Below, piece after piece: positions 1 to 7,864 of a stretch of DNA of 53,677 nucleotides. A program made the position numbers and the translations under genes. The notes under the pieces are model-generated. The model was not told where the DNA came from. It did not search any database and saw nothing but the letters and a program-made list of their open reading frames with translations. Each line of letters begins with the position of its first letter. Positions within the stretch are counted from its first letter, which is position 1. Source of the stretch: a virus; IMG/VR virus record IMGVR_UViG_3300045988_182168, positions 1 to 53,677 of that record; one strand, 5' to 3'.

Positions 1-69
<69 letters not shown>

Positions 70-125
70 TTAATAAAAATTTAATAAATAATGAATAAAT
101 ATCACAATGTTATAAAAAATGTGAT

Positions 126-410
126 GTGTGTATGGCTGATGATTTGGTAATTTTGGCTCAGTTTGTGAAACTGGGAAGATTACGAAAAAAAGTATTCATG
201 GAATTGGCACAAAAAGAAATTTCTCAAATATGTAAAGTAGGAGAAAAGAAAGGGAAGTATTGTACAAGTTCAACTTATCATGCAGTGTATGATTTGATTG
301 ATAAAGGTTTAGTGGAGTATGTTGATCCAGATAGTAAAAGAAGAAAAGAGGTACGTTTAACTGATTTGGGTTATAATGTTTTTGAAAAATTAGATATTGT
401 GTGTTGGTGA
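126..410 (+). CDS. winged-helix (MarR/PadR-like) DNA-binding protein
   Basis: 94-aa ORF. 'STYHAVYDLIDKGLVEYVDPDSKRRKEVRLTDLG' resembles the recognition helix plus beta-wing of wHTH regulators. First gene after the ATT/iteron region. Confidence 0.5.
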   Translation: MCMADDLVILAQFVKLGRLRKKVFMELAQKEISQICKVGEKKGKYCTSSTYHAVYDLIDKGLVEYVDPDSKRRKEVRLTDLGYNVFEKLDIVCW

Positions 411-417
411 GGATATA

Positions 418-660
418 ATGGGTAAAGTAGTTTTTAATATTGTTGAAACTGATTATGATGTTAGTAAGGATGAGGAAAAGTATCAGAAATTCAGGAAAGA
501 TTATCTTGAGAATTTAAGTGTTGGTGTTTGTAGGTTGCAGGAGCAGTATGGTTTGACTAGTTATAGGAGAGAGAAATTTATAAATCGTATCAGGTGTGAG
601 GATCATGTTAGGCGTCGTAGTAATGGTAGGTTTACTGTTTTAGAAAAGGTGGAATCATGA
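418..660 (+). CDS. hypothetical early protein
   Basis: ORF. ATG 418 follows a GGTGAGG SD-like site just after the upstream stop (410). Confidence 0.45.
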   Translation: MGKVVFNIVETDYDVSKDEEKYQKFRKDYLENLSVGVCRLQEQYGLTSYRREKFINRIRCEDHVRRRSNGRFTVLEKVES

Positions 661-839
661 AGGATGTATGGCATGAGGTATTAAGAGATAAGCATGAGAG
701 TTTTAAATGGAGTTTACTTATAGACACGGCAATTGAAACAGTGAGGATGTATAAGCAGGATTATCTGTTAAGTAAGTATGGTGTAGCGGAACCAAGTCAA
801 AGACAACCAGTCCGGAATAAAAAGGAGATCCAAAAATGA
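657..839 (+). CDS. hypothetical early protein
   Basis: ORF with ATGA start/stop overlap with the upstream gene. Confidence 0.45.
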   Translation: MKDVWHEVLRDKHESFKWSLLIDTAIETVRMYKQDYLLSKYGVAEPSQRQPVRNKKEIQK

Positions 840-1083
840 GTTGTAATGATATACTTGAAAAATTAGAAAAAGAAGGAATAATATCTGTGAAGGAGTAATT
901 GATTCTTATCTGTTATGTAAACATGCTGAAGAATTATTTGGAAAATCATACCTAAAAGAACATAATATAGTGTTGGATGATGATAAAAAAGAAGCAAAGA
1001 TATGTAAAAAAGGAAGTTGATAAAAATGAAAACATTGAAGTTTAAACCGTATTTCTTTGAACCTTTAAGAAGTAGGAAAAAAA

Positions 1084-1368
1084 ATGGCTACAATAAGAAA
1101 ATCTGATAAAGGATTGAAAAAAGGTGACCTTGTAGAATGTTGGTTTGAGGGGACGGGTTTTTGTCTGCTTCGGGTAGTACGGAGAGTTGAACAGGTTAGA
1201 TTTAAAGATTTGAAACATAATCATGCTTGGTTTGAAGGTTATAGGCATGTTGATTTGTTGAAACATGAGTTAAAAAGTATTTATCCAGATATATGTGGGG
1301 ATACTGTTTTGTTTCAGATTATATTTGAAAGACCAACACTACCATTACAACCTTTCAAAATTAAATAG
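1084..1368 (+). CDS. hypothetical early protein
   Basis: 94-aa ORF in the co-oriented gene string. No recognisable motif. Confidence 0.4.
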   Translation: MATIRKSDKGLKKGDLVECWFEGTGFCLLRVVRRVEQVRFKDLKHNHAWFEGYRHVDLLKHELKSIYPDICGDTVLFQIIFERPTLPLQPFKIK

Positions 1369-1381
1369 GAGGATATTGAAA

Positions 1382-1528
1382 ATGAATAATGAAGAAATTA
1401 ATGAATTAACTGCCAAGATTGAGTCTTGTTGGGATGAGAATAATCCTGGTGATGTAAGAAGTTTTGATGAAAGGTTAAAACAGAAGTTAACTCCTGAGGA
1501 GTATGAGTTAATAACAAGTTGGAGATAA
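1382..1528 (+). CDS. small acidic hypothetical protein
   Basis: ATG 1382 preceded by TAGGAGGA. In frame with tracked ORF 1295-1528, whose 5' part overlaps the previous gene. Confidence 0.5.
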   Translation: MNNEEINELTAKIESCWDENNPGDVRSFDERLKQKLTPEEYELITSWR

Positions 1529-1699
1529 TGGGGGGAGAATATAGTATGATGGATGGTTGGGTAGTTTTTAGTGTAAGTGTAATTATTAGTTGTTGTTTAG
1601 TGTTATGTCTTACTGATTTTTTTGATGATTAAGATAGGTTATATTGTAATCAGGAGTTTTTATGAAAGAAGTTAAAAAATACATGGAGGATAAATATGC

Positions 1700-1999
1700 A
1701 TGATTGATGAGAAATTATTACTATATTTTATTAAAACAAGAAGCAGGGAATTTGAAGAACAATCTTTTACTACTTATAAAGAATGCACAGGTAGTTTGAG
1801 AGACATGGAGTATGATGATGTTATAATTCATAGTATTAATCTTCATACTTTGATGCATGTTACTCGTATTCTTAATGAGTTGATTGAAATGATTGAAGAT
1901 GGTAAATTCAACACTTCTGAAAATTCAGTTTCTTGTTGTGGTGGAGAATGTGGAAAAACAATAACTTTAATCTATATGAAAGAGTATATATTAGTTTAA
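1700..1999 (+). CDS. hypothetical early protein
   Basis: 99-aa ORF, GGAGG about 10 nt upstream. Confidence 0.4.
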   Translation: MIDEKLLLYFIKTRSREFEEQSFTTYKECTGSLRDMEYDDVIIHSINLHTLMHVTRILNELIEMIEDGKFNTSENSVSCCGGECGKTITLIYMKEYILV

Positions 2000-2181
2000 G
2001 TAGAACAGTCTCCAATTTTGAATGCATAAATGAAGAATTAAAACAAGAAACCATACATGAAGCATTAAAAAAATCACAAGTAATTAATGAATATGTGAAA
2101 TATCAGGGTAAACTTTTACCTTTTCACATGTTTGTTTTTGAAGTGAAGAAAAACCTACTATCCAAAAATTTAGAAAGATGA
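1933..2181 (+). CDS. hypothetical protein, start uncertain
   Basis: Open frame fills 2000-2181. The tracked start overlaps the previous ORF by 67 nt and there is no clear SD. Confidence 0.25.
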   Translation: MLWWRMWKNNNFNLYERVYISLSRTVSNFECINEELKQETIHEALKKSQVINEYVKYQGKLLPFHMFVFEVKKNLLSKNLER

Positions 2182-2185
2182 TAGG

Positions 2186-2500
2186 ATGTTATTGAAGAAA
2201 ACATTAAATGATCCACAAACAAGATTCTACATCAGCAAATGCAAATACTGTGGCAGAGTATTTATTAAGTTTGAGAATAAAACAGGGTATTGCAGGGAAG
2301 CTTGCAGGACCTGGGCGGTACGTGAGCAGAAAGCAAAGTATCAACAAAAACGTAGGAAATTAATTAATGATGGGGAGTTAATTAGTAATGAGAATAATAA
2401 ATTAGGTACTAGTTATTTATCTAAACATCGGAACAGTAATTTTAATAAAGAGTTGGTTAGTATTCGTAGAGAAGCTAAACGTATAGGTGTGACTTTATGA
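2186..2500 (+). CDS. zinc-ribbon protein with basic tail
   Basis: 'CKYCGRVF...CREACRTW' gives four Cys in two knuckles, followed by a Lys/Arg-rich region. Confidence 0.5.
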   Translation: MLLKKTLNDPQTRFYISKCKYCGRVFIKFENKTGYCREACRTWAVREQKAKYQQKRRKLINDGELISNENNKLGTSYLSKHRNSNFNKELVSIRREAKRIGVTL

Positions 2501-2757
2501 ATAAAAATATTAATAAAATAAAAATATAGATAAATTAAAAGAGTGAGAGTTGAATTATTTATGGATAATTTTAATAGATGTTTGTTAAGTATATTATAAA
2601 ATAATTATTTTGAACTTGCAAATGATTAAATATTGTAATTGTTTATGAAATGATGAATGAACTAAAAGCCATTAATTACAATTGAAAATATGTAATTGTA
2701 TCACATAATCTTCTAAATTCAGTAACTTTAAATTATATTAAATCATATATAATTAAT

Positions 2758-2853
2758 ATGTCATCAAATCGAAATTACAGTCCATTAACTATTAAATTAC
2801 TATTTGGATCTGCTGGTGGGCGTTGTTCGATGTGCAAAACAAAAATAGTCTAA
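2758..2853 (+). pseudogene. 5' fragment of the HNH gene in a different frame (MSSNRNYSPLTIKLLFGSAGGRCSMCKTKIV*)
   Basis: ATG 2758 opens a 31-codon frame. Its 'GGRCSMC' looks like the N-terminal Cys knuckle normally preceding the HNH core found in ORF 2823-3518. The frames overlap in the A-rich tract 2836-2850. Confidence 0.55.
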
Positions 2854-3518
2854 ATGCAACTGAAAATGATGGGGTTGCTCAAATAGGTGAAATAGCACAT
2901 ATTATTGGCTCAAGTGAATATGGACCAAGAGGTGATGGCAACTTTCCAGAAGACAAATTAGATGACTATGAAAATTTAATATTATTATGCCCCTCATGTC
3001 ACAAAAAAATTGATAAACAACCAAATTCTTATTCTCCATCCGGGTTACATGAAATAAAAAGTAATCATGAAAAATGGGTGGATGAACAGTTGGAAGTATC
3101 AAATCTTGAAATTTCTTCAAAAGAATTAGACCTAATAATTAAAAACATTTCTTCTGGAGATTATGAATCTTCATTTTCATTTGAAGAATTTGAGCATATT
3201 GATGTTTCAGATAAAATTGATAAAAATGATTTTAGTAATCAGGTTAAAAGGTTTTTAGATATAGGGCTTATGAAAACATATGAAGTTAAATCATTTGTAA
3301 CCGAGATGGATAAGTTAGATAAAAATTTTATCAATAGATTAAAATCATTTTTTAAAGTTAAGTATTTAGAACTTAAAGAAAAATATGAGGATAATGATGA
3401 AATATTTTTGGAATTATGGAATTATATAAAAAAAGATGCAAATTCATTTATAGAAGAAGCAGCGGCATTATCGGTATTATGTTATATGTTTGAATTATGT
3501 GAGGTTTTTGAAAAATGA
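2823..3518 (+). CDS. HNH nuclease with C-terminal helical domain (effector of ABC-3C-like module), apparently frameshifted at its 5' end
   Basis: 'GEIAHIIGSSEYGPRGD...YENLILLCPSCHKKID' HNH motif. The tracked start is a TTG. The stop overlaps the next gene's start (ATGA at 3515). Confidence 0.7.
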   Translation: MFDVQNKNSLNATENDGVAQIGEIAHIIGSSEYGPRGDGNFPEDKLDDYENLILLCPSCHKKIDKQPNSYSPSGLHEIKSNHEKWVDEQLEVSNLEISSKELDLIIKNISSGDYESSFSFEEFEHIDVSDKIDKNDFSNQVKRFLDIGLMKTYEVKSFVTEMDKLDKNFINRLKSFFKVKYLELKEKYEDNDEIFLELWNYIKKDANSFIEEAAALSVLCYMFELCEVFEK

Positions 3519-3748
3519 TTTTGCCAAACAAATTCCTAGAAGAAAAAGATTCATTATTATATGTTGGAGCATTATTGCTGGATAAATTAGATGTTCCCTC
3601 TTCTGTTTCAGAATTATGGAATCAAGTAAATGATAATAAATCTGTGAACAATTATGAGAGGTTTATTATTACTCTCGACATGTTATATGTTCTTAATTTA
3701 ATCGAACTCAAAAATGATAAAATTAGGAGAATTAATAATGATTCATGA
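3515..3748 (+). CDS. small helical middle component of ABC-3C-like module
   Basis: 77-aa ORF overlapping both neighbours. Size and position match ABC-3C middle components as I recall them. Confidence 0.55.
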   Translation: MILPNKFLEEKDSLLYVGALLLDKLDVPSSVSELWNQVNDNKSVNNYERFIITLDMLYVLNLIELKNDKIRRINNDS

Positions 3749-5444
3749 ATTATATGCTAATAAAAGTAGTTTTAAAAAGATACAGTTTAATAAAGGTATT
3801 AATATAATATTGGCAGAGGGTGATGATAATACTGAAAATTCTAGAAATGGACTTGGAAAAACTACATTAGTACATATAATTCATTTTTGCTTAGGCGGAA
3901 CTCCAAATAAAAAATATTTGCCTGAAGACACATTTAATGATTGGGAATTTACAATTAGCATAGATATATCTAATGAGAAAATTTATGCTAAGAGGTCATT
4001 TAATGAAAAATCAATTATTATTGTTGAAGGAAATTTTAGTAAGTTTCCTTTAAAACCTACTTACTCTGAAGAAAAAGAAATTTATTTTTATACTCTGAAT
4101 GAATGGAAAGAGGTTTTAGGAACTTCATTATTAGGTTTGAAAAATGAAAAGGAATTTAGATTTAAACCTACATTTAGGAAAGTGATTAGTTATTTTATAC
4201 GCAGAGATGAAGATATCAAGAAATCTCCTTTCAAAACAAGTTCTACACATAAAAACATTGATGTAATTGATTGTACAAGTTTTTGTGTGGGTCTTGATTG
4301 GAAATTAATGTCTAAATATAAGGAATATGGAGATGAAATAAAAAGATTAAATGAAAATTTTTCTAACTTAAAGAGTATTCATGGATCAAAAGGGCAGCTA
4401 GTTCCAGAAATGAATAGATTAAAGAAAGACCTAACTAAAATTAAAGAGGATTTAGATAATTACAAAGTTCATGAGTCTTATAGACAAATTGAAAAATCTG
4501 CAGATATATTAAGCAAAGAAATTCAAGAGTTGGTTGAAAAAACTATTTTTTTAAATAAAAAAATTGACATATATGAAGAGTCTATTAAAGAAGAAAATAT
4601 TGATGATATTAATGTAGAAGAGATATATAATGAAATAAATTTTTATTTTCCGGAAAATGTTAAAAAAACATTAAGAGAATCTAAAGAATTTCATAAAAAT
4701 ATAATCTTTAATAGAACTAATTTTTTAAAAACTGAAATCCAATCAATAAAAAATGATTTATCATTAATTAATCAGGAAATTGAAATTAAATCTGATAAAA
4801 AAGCTGGATATATGGATATTTTAAATAATTTTGGAGCTTTAAACGAATATAATAATATGCAAAAATATTATACTGAACAAAAAAGTGAATATGAGTTAAT
4901 TGTAAATATTATCAAGCAATTTGATGAAATTACTAATAAAAAAAATAAATTAAAAGTAAAATTATTAGAGTTAGAATCTAGATTTCAAATCAATTATGAT
5001 GAAAATATAAATCATTTAAATTCTTTAATCGATATTTTTAGTGATAATTCATCTTATTTATATGATGTTCCAGGAGATTTAATTATTGAATGTTCTGAAA
5101 AAGGATTTGAATACAATGTGGATATTCCTAGAATAAATAGTACTGGAAAAACTAAAATGATTGTCTTATGTTATGATTTAATGTTGTTAGAAAATTTTGT
5201 TGGTTATAATTACATAGATTTCTTAATTCATGATAGCAATATTTTTGATGGTGTTGATTCTAGACAATATGCTAGTGCTTTAAATTTAATTTATGAAAAA
5301 ACAACAAAATTTGATATGCAATACATATGTATGTTGAACTCTGATTCTATTCCAGACAATTTAAATTTCAATATTGAAGATCATGTTGTTTTAGAATTGA
5401 ATGACAATTCAATTGAAGGAACATTGTTGGGTTTTGAATTTTAA
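3738..5444 (+). CDS. coiled-coil ABC ATPase (DUF2326-like, ABC-3C ATPase)
   Basis: ATG 3738 after AGGAGA. Walker A 'NGLGKTTL', long heptad-rich middle region, C-terminal 'FLIHDSNIFDGVD' Walker B/D-loop. Confidence 0.75.
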   Translation: MIHELYANKSSFKKIQFNKGINIILAEGDDNTENSRNGLGKTTLVHIIHFCLGGTPNKKYLPEDTFNDWEFTISIDISNEKIYAKRSFNEKSIIIVEGNFSKFPLKPTYSEEKEIYFYTLNEWKEVLGTSLLGLKNEKEFRFKPTFRKVISYFIRRDEDIKKSPFKTSSTHKNIDVIDCTSFCVGLDWKLMSKYKEYGDEIKRLNENFSNLKSIHGSKGQLVPEMNRLKKDLTKIKEDLDNYKVHESYRQIEKSADILSKEIQELVEKTIFLNKKIDIYEESIKEENIDDINVEEIYNEINFYFPENVKKTLRESKEFHKNIIFNRTNFLKTEIQSIKNDLSLINQEIEIKSDKKAGYMDILNNFGALNEYNNMQKYYTEQKSEYELIVNIIKQFDEITNKKNKLKVKLLELESRFQINYDENINHLNSLIDIFSDNSSYLYDVPGDLIIECSEKGFEYNVDIPRINSTGKTKMIVLCYDLMLLENFVGYNYIDFLIHDSNIFDGVDSRQYASALNLIYEKTTKFDMQYICMLNSDSIPDNLNFNIEDHVVLELNDNSIEGTLLGFEF

Positions 5445-5535
5445 TACATATCTTTTTAATATGTTCTATAAATGCTCTTGATTTTTAGATATTGTCTTTT
5501 TTTATCACTTATTAATAACCCTTATTTTTTATTTT

Positions 5536-5570
5536 TTTTTCTATTTTTCCACTTTATATTATTGAAGAGG
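5536..5570. repeat. 35-bp direct repeat copy 1 (contains TATA-like TTTATATT)
   Basis: tttttctatttttccactttatattattgaagagg, identical to 6998-7032. Confidence 0.9.
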
Positions 5571-5636
5571 AAAAAAATTTTTTTCATAATTATATGTGGG
5601 AGGATATTATTGGATGCTAATACATTTTTTAAAAAC

Positions 5637-5762
5637 ATGAAACATGCAGAAATAGAGTGTCCTGTTTGTGAAAAACTGAAAAAAGATTGCAAAAAGGTTT
5701 ACTATGATGAGTGGCATGAGGAGTATGTTTGTAAAAAATGTGGATTAGTAATTAAAAAATAA
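5637..5762 (+). CDS. small zinc-ribbon protein
   Basis: 'CPVCEKL...CKKCGLVI' gives two CxxC knuckles. The 5' part of tracked ORF 5472-5762 is poly-Phe low complexity over the repeat, so ATG 5637 (or TTG 5610 after GGGAGG) is preferred. Confidence 0.45.
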   Translation: MKHAEIECPVCEKLKKDCKKVYYDEWHEEYVCKKCGLVIKK

Positions 5763-6220
5763 ATTAAGTAGAGTATTTATAAACTCCAGTTCATATTTTA
5801 ATATATATTCGCCTTTAAATTATTAAATCTTATAATTTCTACATTCAAATAAAAAAAAATACATGTTTATTTAGCTTCAATAAATAATTTATCCAAAATA
5901 TGAGATTATAAATTTTTTATTATCTCTCTATTAATCATTAGTAAAAAAATATTCAGTTTTTTTGGGTTTCCTCCAAAATAAAGTGTTAATCATAATTGTG
6001 GTAAGAATTTTAAACACGTTTAATTAATATTCTTTCAGTTGAATTTATGGAAAAATATTTTTATCTTCTTCAAAAAAAAGAGGCATGTATCTCAGTTTAG
6101 AATTAGTGTAAATCATGAAAAAGAGAAAAATGTTTGTAATAAAAAGTAGGATGGGGGATAAAAATTGGGATATTTTTTTCGTTATTTTTTTTTCTTTTTG
6201 ATTTACATTTTATAATAAAT

Positions 6221-6296
6221 GTTGGTAATAGCTATTTTTTTTATTGTGATATTAGTAACCACTCAAAAGTTGAGGGTGCAATTCCCTCCACCAACA
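6221..6296 (+). other. degenerate tRNA-like element (acceptor stem plus T-arm only)
   Basis: 76 nt. GTTGGT/ACCAAC acceptor pairing and a perfect T-arm GAGGG-TGCAATT-CCCTC. The D and anticodon regions are AT-rich and do not fold. Confidence 0.5.
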
Positions 6297-6306
6297 ATCC
6301 AAATAT

Positions 6307-6381
6307 GGGTGGATAGTATCAATCTGGTAATATGTATGGCTCCAGACCATAGGATGCAGGTTCAAATACCTGTTTCACCCA
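6307..6381 (+). tRNA. tRNA-Trp (anticodon CCA), no encoded CCA end
   Basis: Hand fold: acceptor GGGTGGA/TTCACCC, D-stem GTAT/ATAT, anticodon stem TATGG/CCATA with loop CTCCAGA, T-stem GCAGG/CCTGT. The T-loop appears to be 8 nt with a 4-nt variable loop. Confidence 0.7.
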
Positions 6382-6412
6382 TTCAATAATTTTTTTTTTA
6401 GGAGATGAAAAA

Positions 6413-6583
6413 ATGACTTTTAATAACACAACATTGGCAATAGTCGGAATAATAATTATAGGAATTTTAAGTACATATATGGGGAATAATGAATTGGCAG
6501 CAGTAGCTTTAGGAGGAATTGTAGGTTGGATTTCAAGAAGTTATTCTAATTCTGGAGGGATAGTTAATGATCCAAAATGTTAG
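6413..6583 (+). CDS. small membrane protein (56 aa)
   Basis: ATG 6413 after AGGAGA. 'LAIVGIIIIGILSTY' and 'AAVALGGIVGWI' are hydrophobic segments. Below the ORF-track size cutoff. Confidence 0.45.
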   Translation: MTFNNTTLAIVGIIIIGILSTYMGNNELAAVALGGIVGWISRSYSNSGGIVNDPKC

Positions 6584-6872
6584 TCAAGTAAGAGATTTGC
6601 AGGATAAATATTGTAAACAGGAATCTCGTATAAGTAAATTGGAAGCAAGTGATCAGTTTCAGAATAAGCAATTGGAAAAGTTAATTAAGAAGATGGATGA
6701 AAGTATTGCAATTCAAACAAGGCAGTTGGCTCTTCAGGAAGAACAGGCTAATGATGAGAATCAATTATTTACTATCCGTAGTGGAGTGTTCATAGCGTTT
6801 ATTGGTGCGTTGATAGTGTTTTTGATTGATGGGTTTCAGTTTGTAGTTGTGAATTTTTTAAAATTAATATAG
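6567..6872 (+). CDS. coiled-coil protein with C-terminal transmembrane anchor
   Basis: 101-aa ORF. Heptad-like N-terminal half, then 'GVFIAFIGALIVFLIDGFQFVVVNFL'. Confidence 0.5.
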   Translation: MIQNVSQVRDLQDKYCKQESRISKLEASDQFQNKQLEKLIKKMDESIAIQTRQLALQEEQANDENQLFTIRSGVFIAFIGALIVFLIDGFQFVVVNFLKLI

Positions 6873-6997
6873 TGTTTAACTTTTATGATAAAATTATAGT
6901 ATTTTGTTCACTATGAAAATAAAAAACCCCGTGTTTTAAATTTTAGTGTTTAATAATTACTAGTTTTTATTATAACATTATTCAATTATAACCTATC

Positions 6998-7032
6998 TTT
7001 TTCTATTTTTCCACTTTATATTATTGAAGAGG
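6998..7032. repeat. 35-bp direct repeat copy 2
   Basis: Identical to 5536-5570. Confidence 0.9.
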
Positions 7033-7220
7033 GATACATATTAATTAAGAGAAAAACGAGTAAAATAATGTTTTTTTTTATATTTTATTTCCTTTTAAAT
7101 AATAACAATTCTCATTCTTATACATTTTTATACATAATATAAAAAAACATTCATAATCTCTTCTTAATATTCTCTCTTATTTTATAATAATTTTTACAAA
7201 ATTTCATAAAAAAATTCTCT

Positions 7221-7263
7221 AAACATTTAATGTTTCACTGAAACATTTCAGTGAAACGTTTCA
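7221..7263. promoter_or_regulatory. nested palindromes on GTTTCA/TGAAAC half-sites upstream of the terminase genes
   Basis: GTTTCACTGAAA-ca-TTTCAGTGAAAC (7232-7257) is a perfect 12-bp inverted repeat. Flanked by AAACATT-t-AATGTTT and TGAAACGTTTCA. Confidence 0.6.
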
Positions 7264-7312
7264 AAATTATATCATTACATTACAAAAAAAAGTTAACTGG
7301 ATGTGCACGAAC

Positions 7313-7864
7313 ATGGCAAGAAAAAATAAAGTAGAATCCAGCCCACATTATAATGAAATAATCAAACGATTATCATGTGGAGAATCTGGAAGAAGTGTTT
7401 CTCGTTGGCTGGAAAACACATATAATGAAAAGATTTCTTTTGCTGCTTTAAATAGATACAAATCAAAAAATATTAAAATAGAAGATAGAGTTGAAGCTGA
7501 ACTGAATAAAAGACAAGAACTTAAAAATAAAACGGAAAATGCAGTTCAAAGTCAAGCAGATAAAATTGAAGCTGCTGAAGACACTATGAGTATTGTTGCA
7601 CAAACTATTGCAGATAATATGGAGGGTGTTGCTAAAGTAGCTAGTGAATTACCAACTATTTTTTTGCGGGCTAAACAAAATGCTAGGGATCCAAATTCGA
7701 AAACTGAATGGAAAGATGTTGCAAATATTTCTATTCAAGCTAATAAGATATATAATGATTACTTCAAACATGAAGAAGATAATATTGAAATTAATATTAA
7801 TGAAGGGTTTGGAGAATTAGCAGATGCCATCAAAAAATCGAGGGAAATATATAAAGCCCATTAA
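7313..7864 (+). CDS. terminase small subunit (putative, HTH)
   Basis: Lies immediately upstream of, and overlaps, the large terminase gene. 'SGRSVSRWLENTY' is HTH-like, followed by a coiled-coil middle. Confidence 0.5.
   Translation: MARKNKVESSPHYNEIIKRLSCGESGRSVSRWLENTYNEKISFAALNRYKSKNIKIEDRVEAELNKRQELKNKTENAVQSQADKIEAAEDTMSIVAQTIADNMEGVAKVASELPTIFLRAKQNARDPNSKTEWKDVANISIQANKIYNDYFKHEEDNIEININEGFGELADAIKKSREIYKAH

Noticed and set aside
2633-2700. Three TGTAATT(GT) motifs upstream of the HNH gene as operators
   Set aside because: They are short AT-rich words that are likely to recur by chance in this composition. Support is not strong enough to report as a site.
5472-5636. 5' part of tracked ORF 5472-5762 (poly-Phe/Leu)
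   Set aside because: It is a translation of T-runs and of the 35-bp promoter-like repeat. Only the Zn-ribbon part from about 5610/5637 looks genuine.
6221-6296. Second functional tRNA gene
   Set aside because: The D and anticodon arms cannot be folded and no credible anticodon loop exists. It is kept only as a tRNA-like remnant or att candidate.
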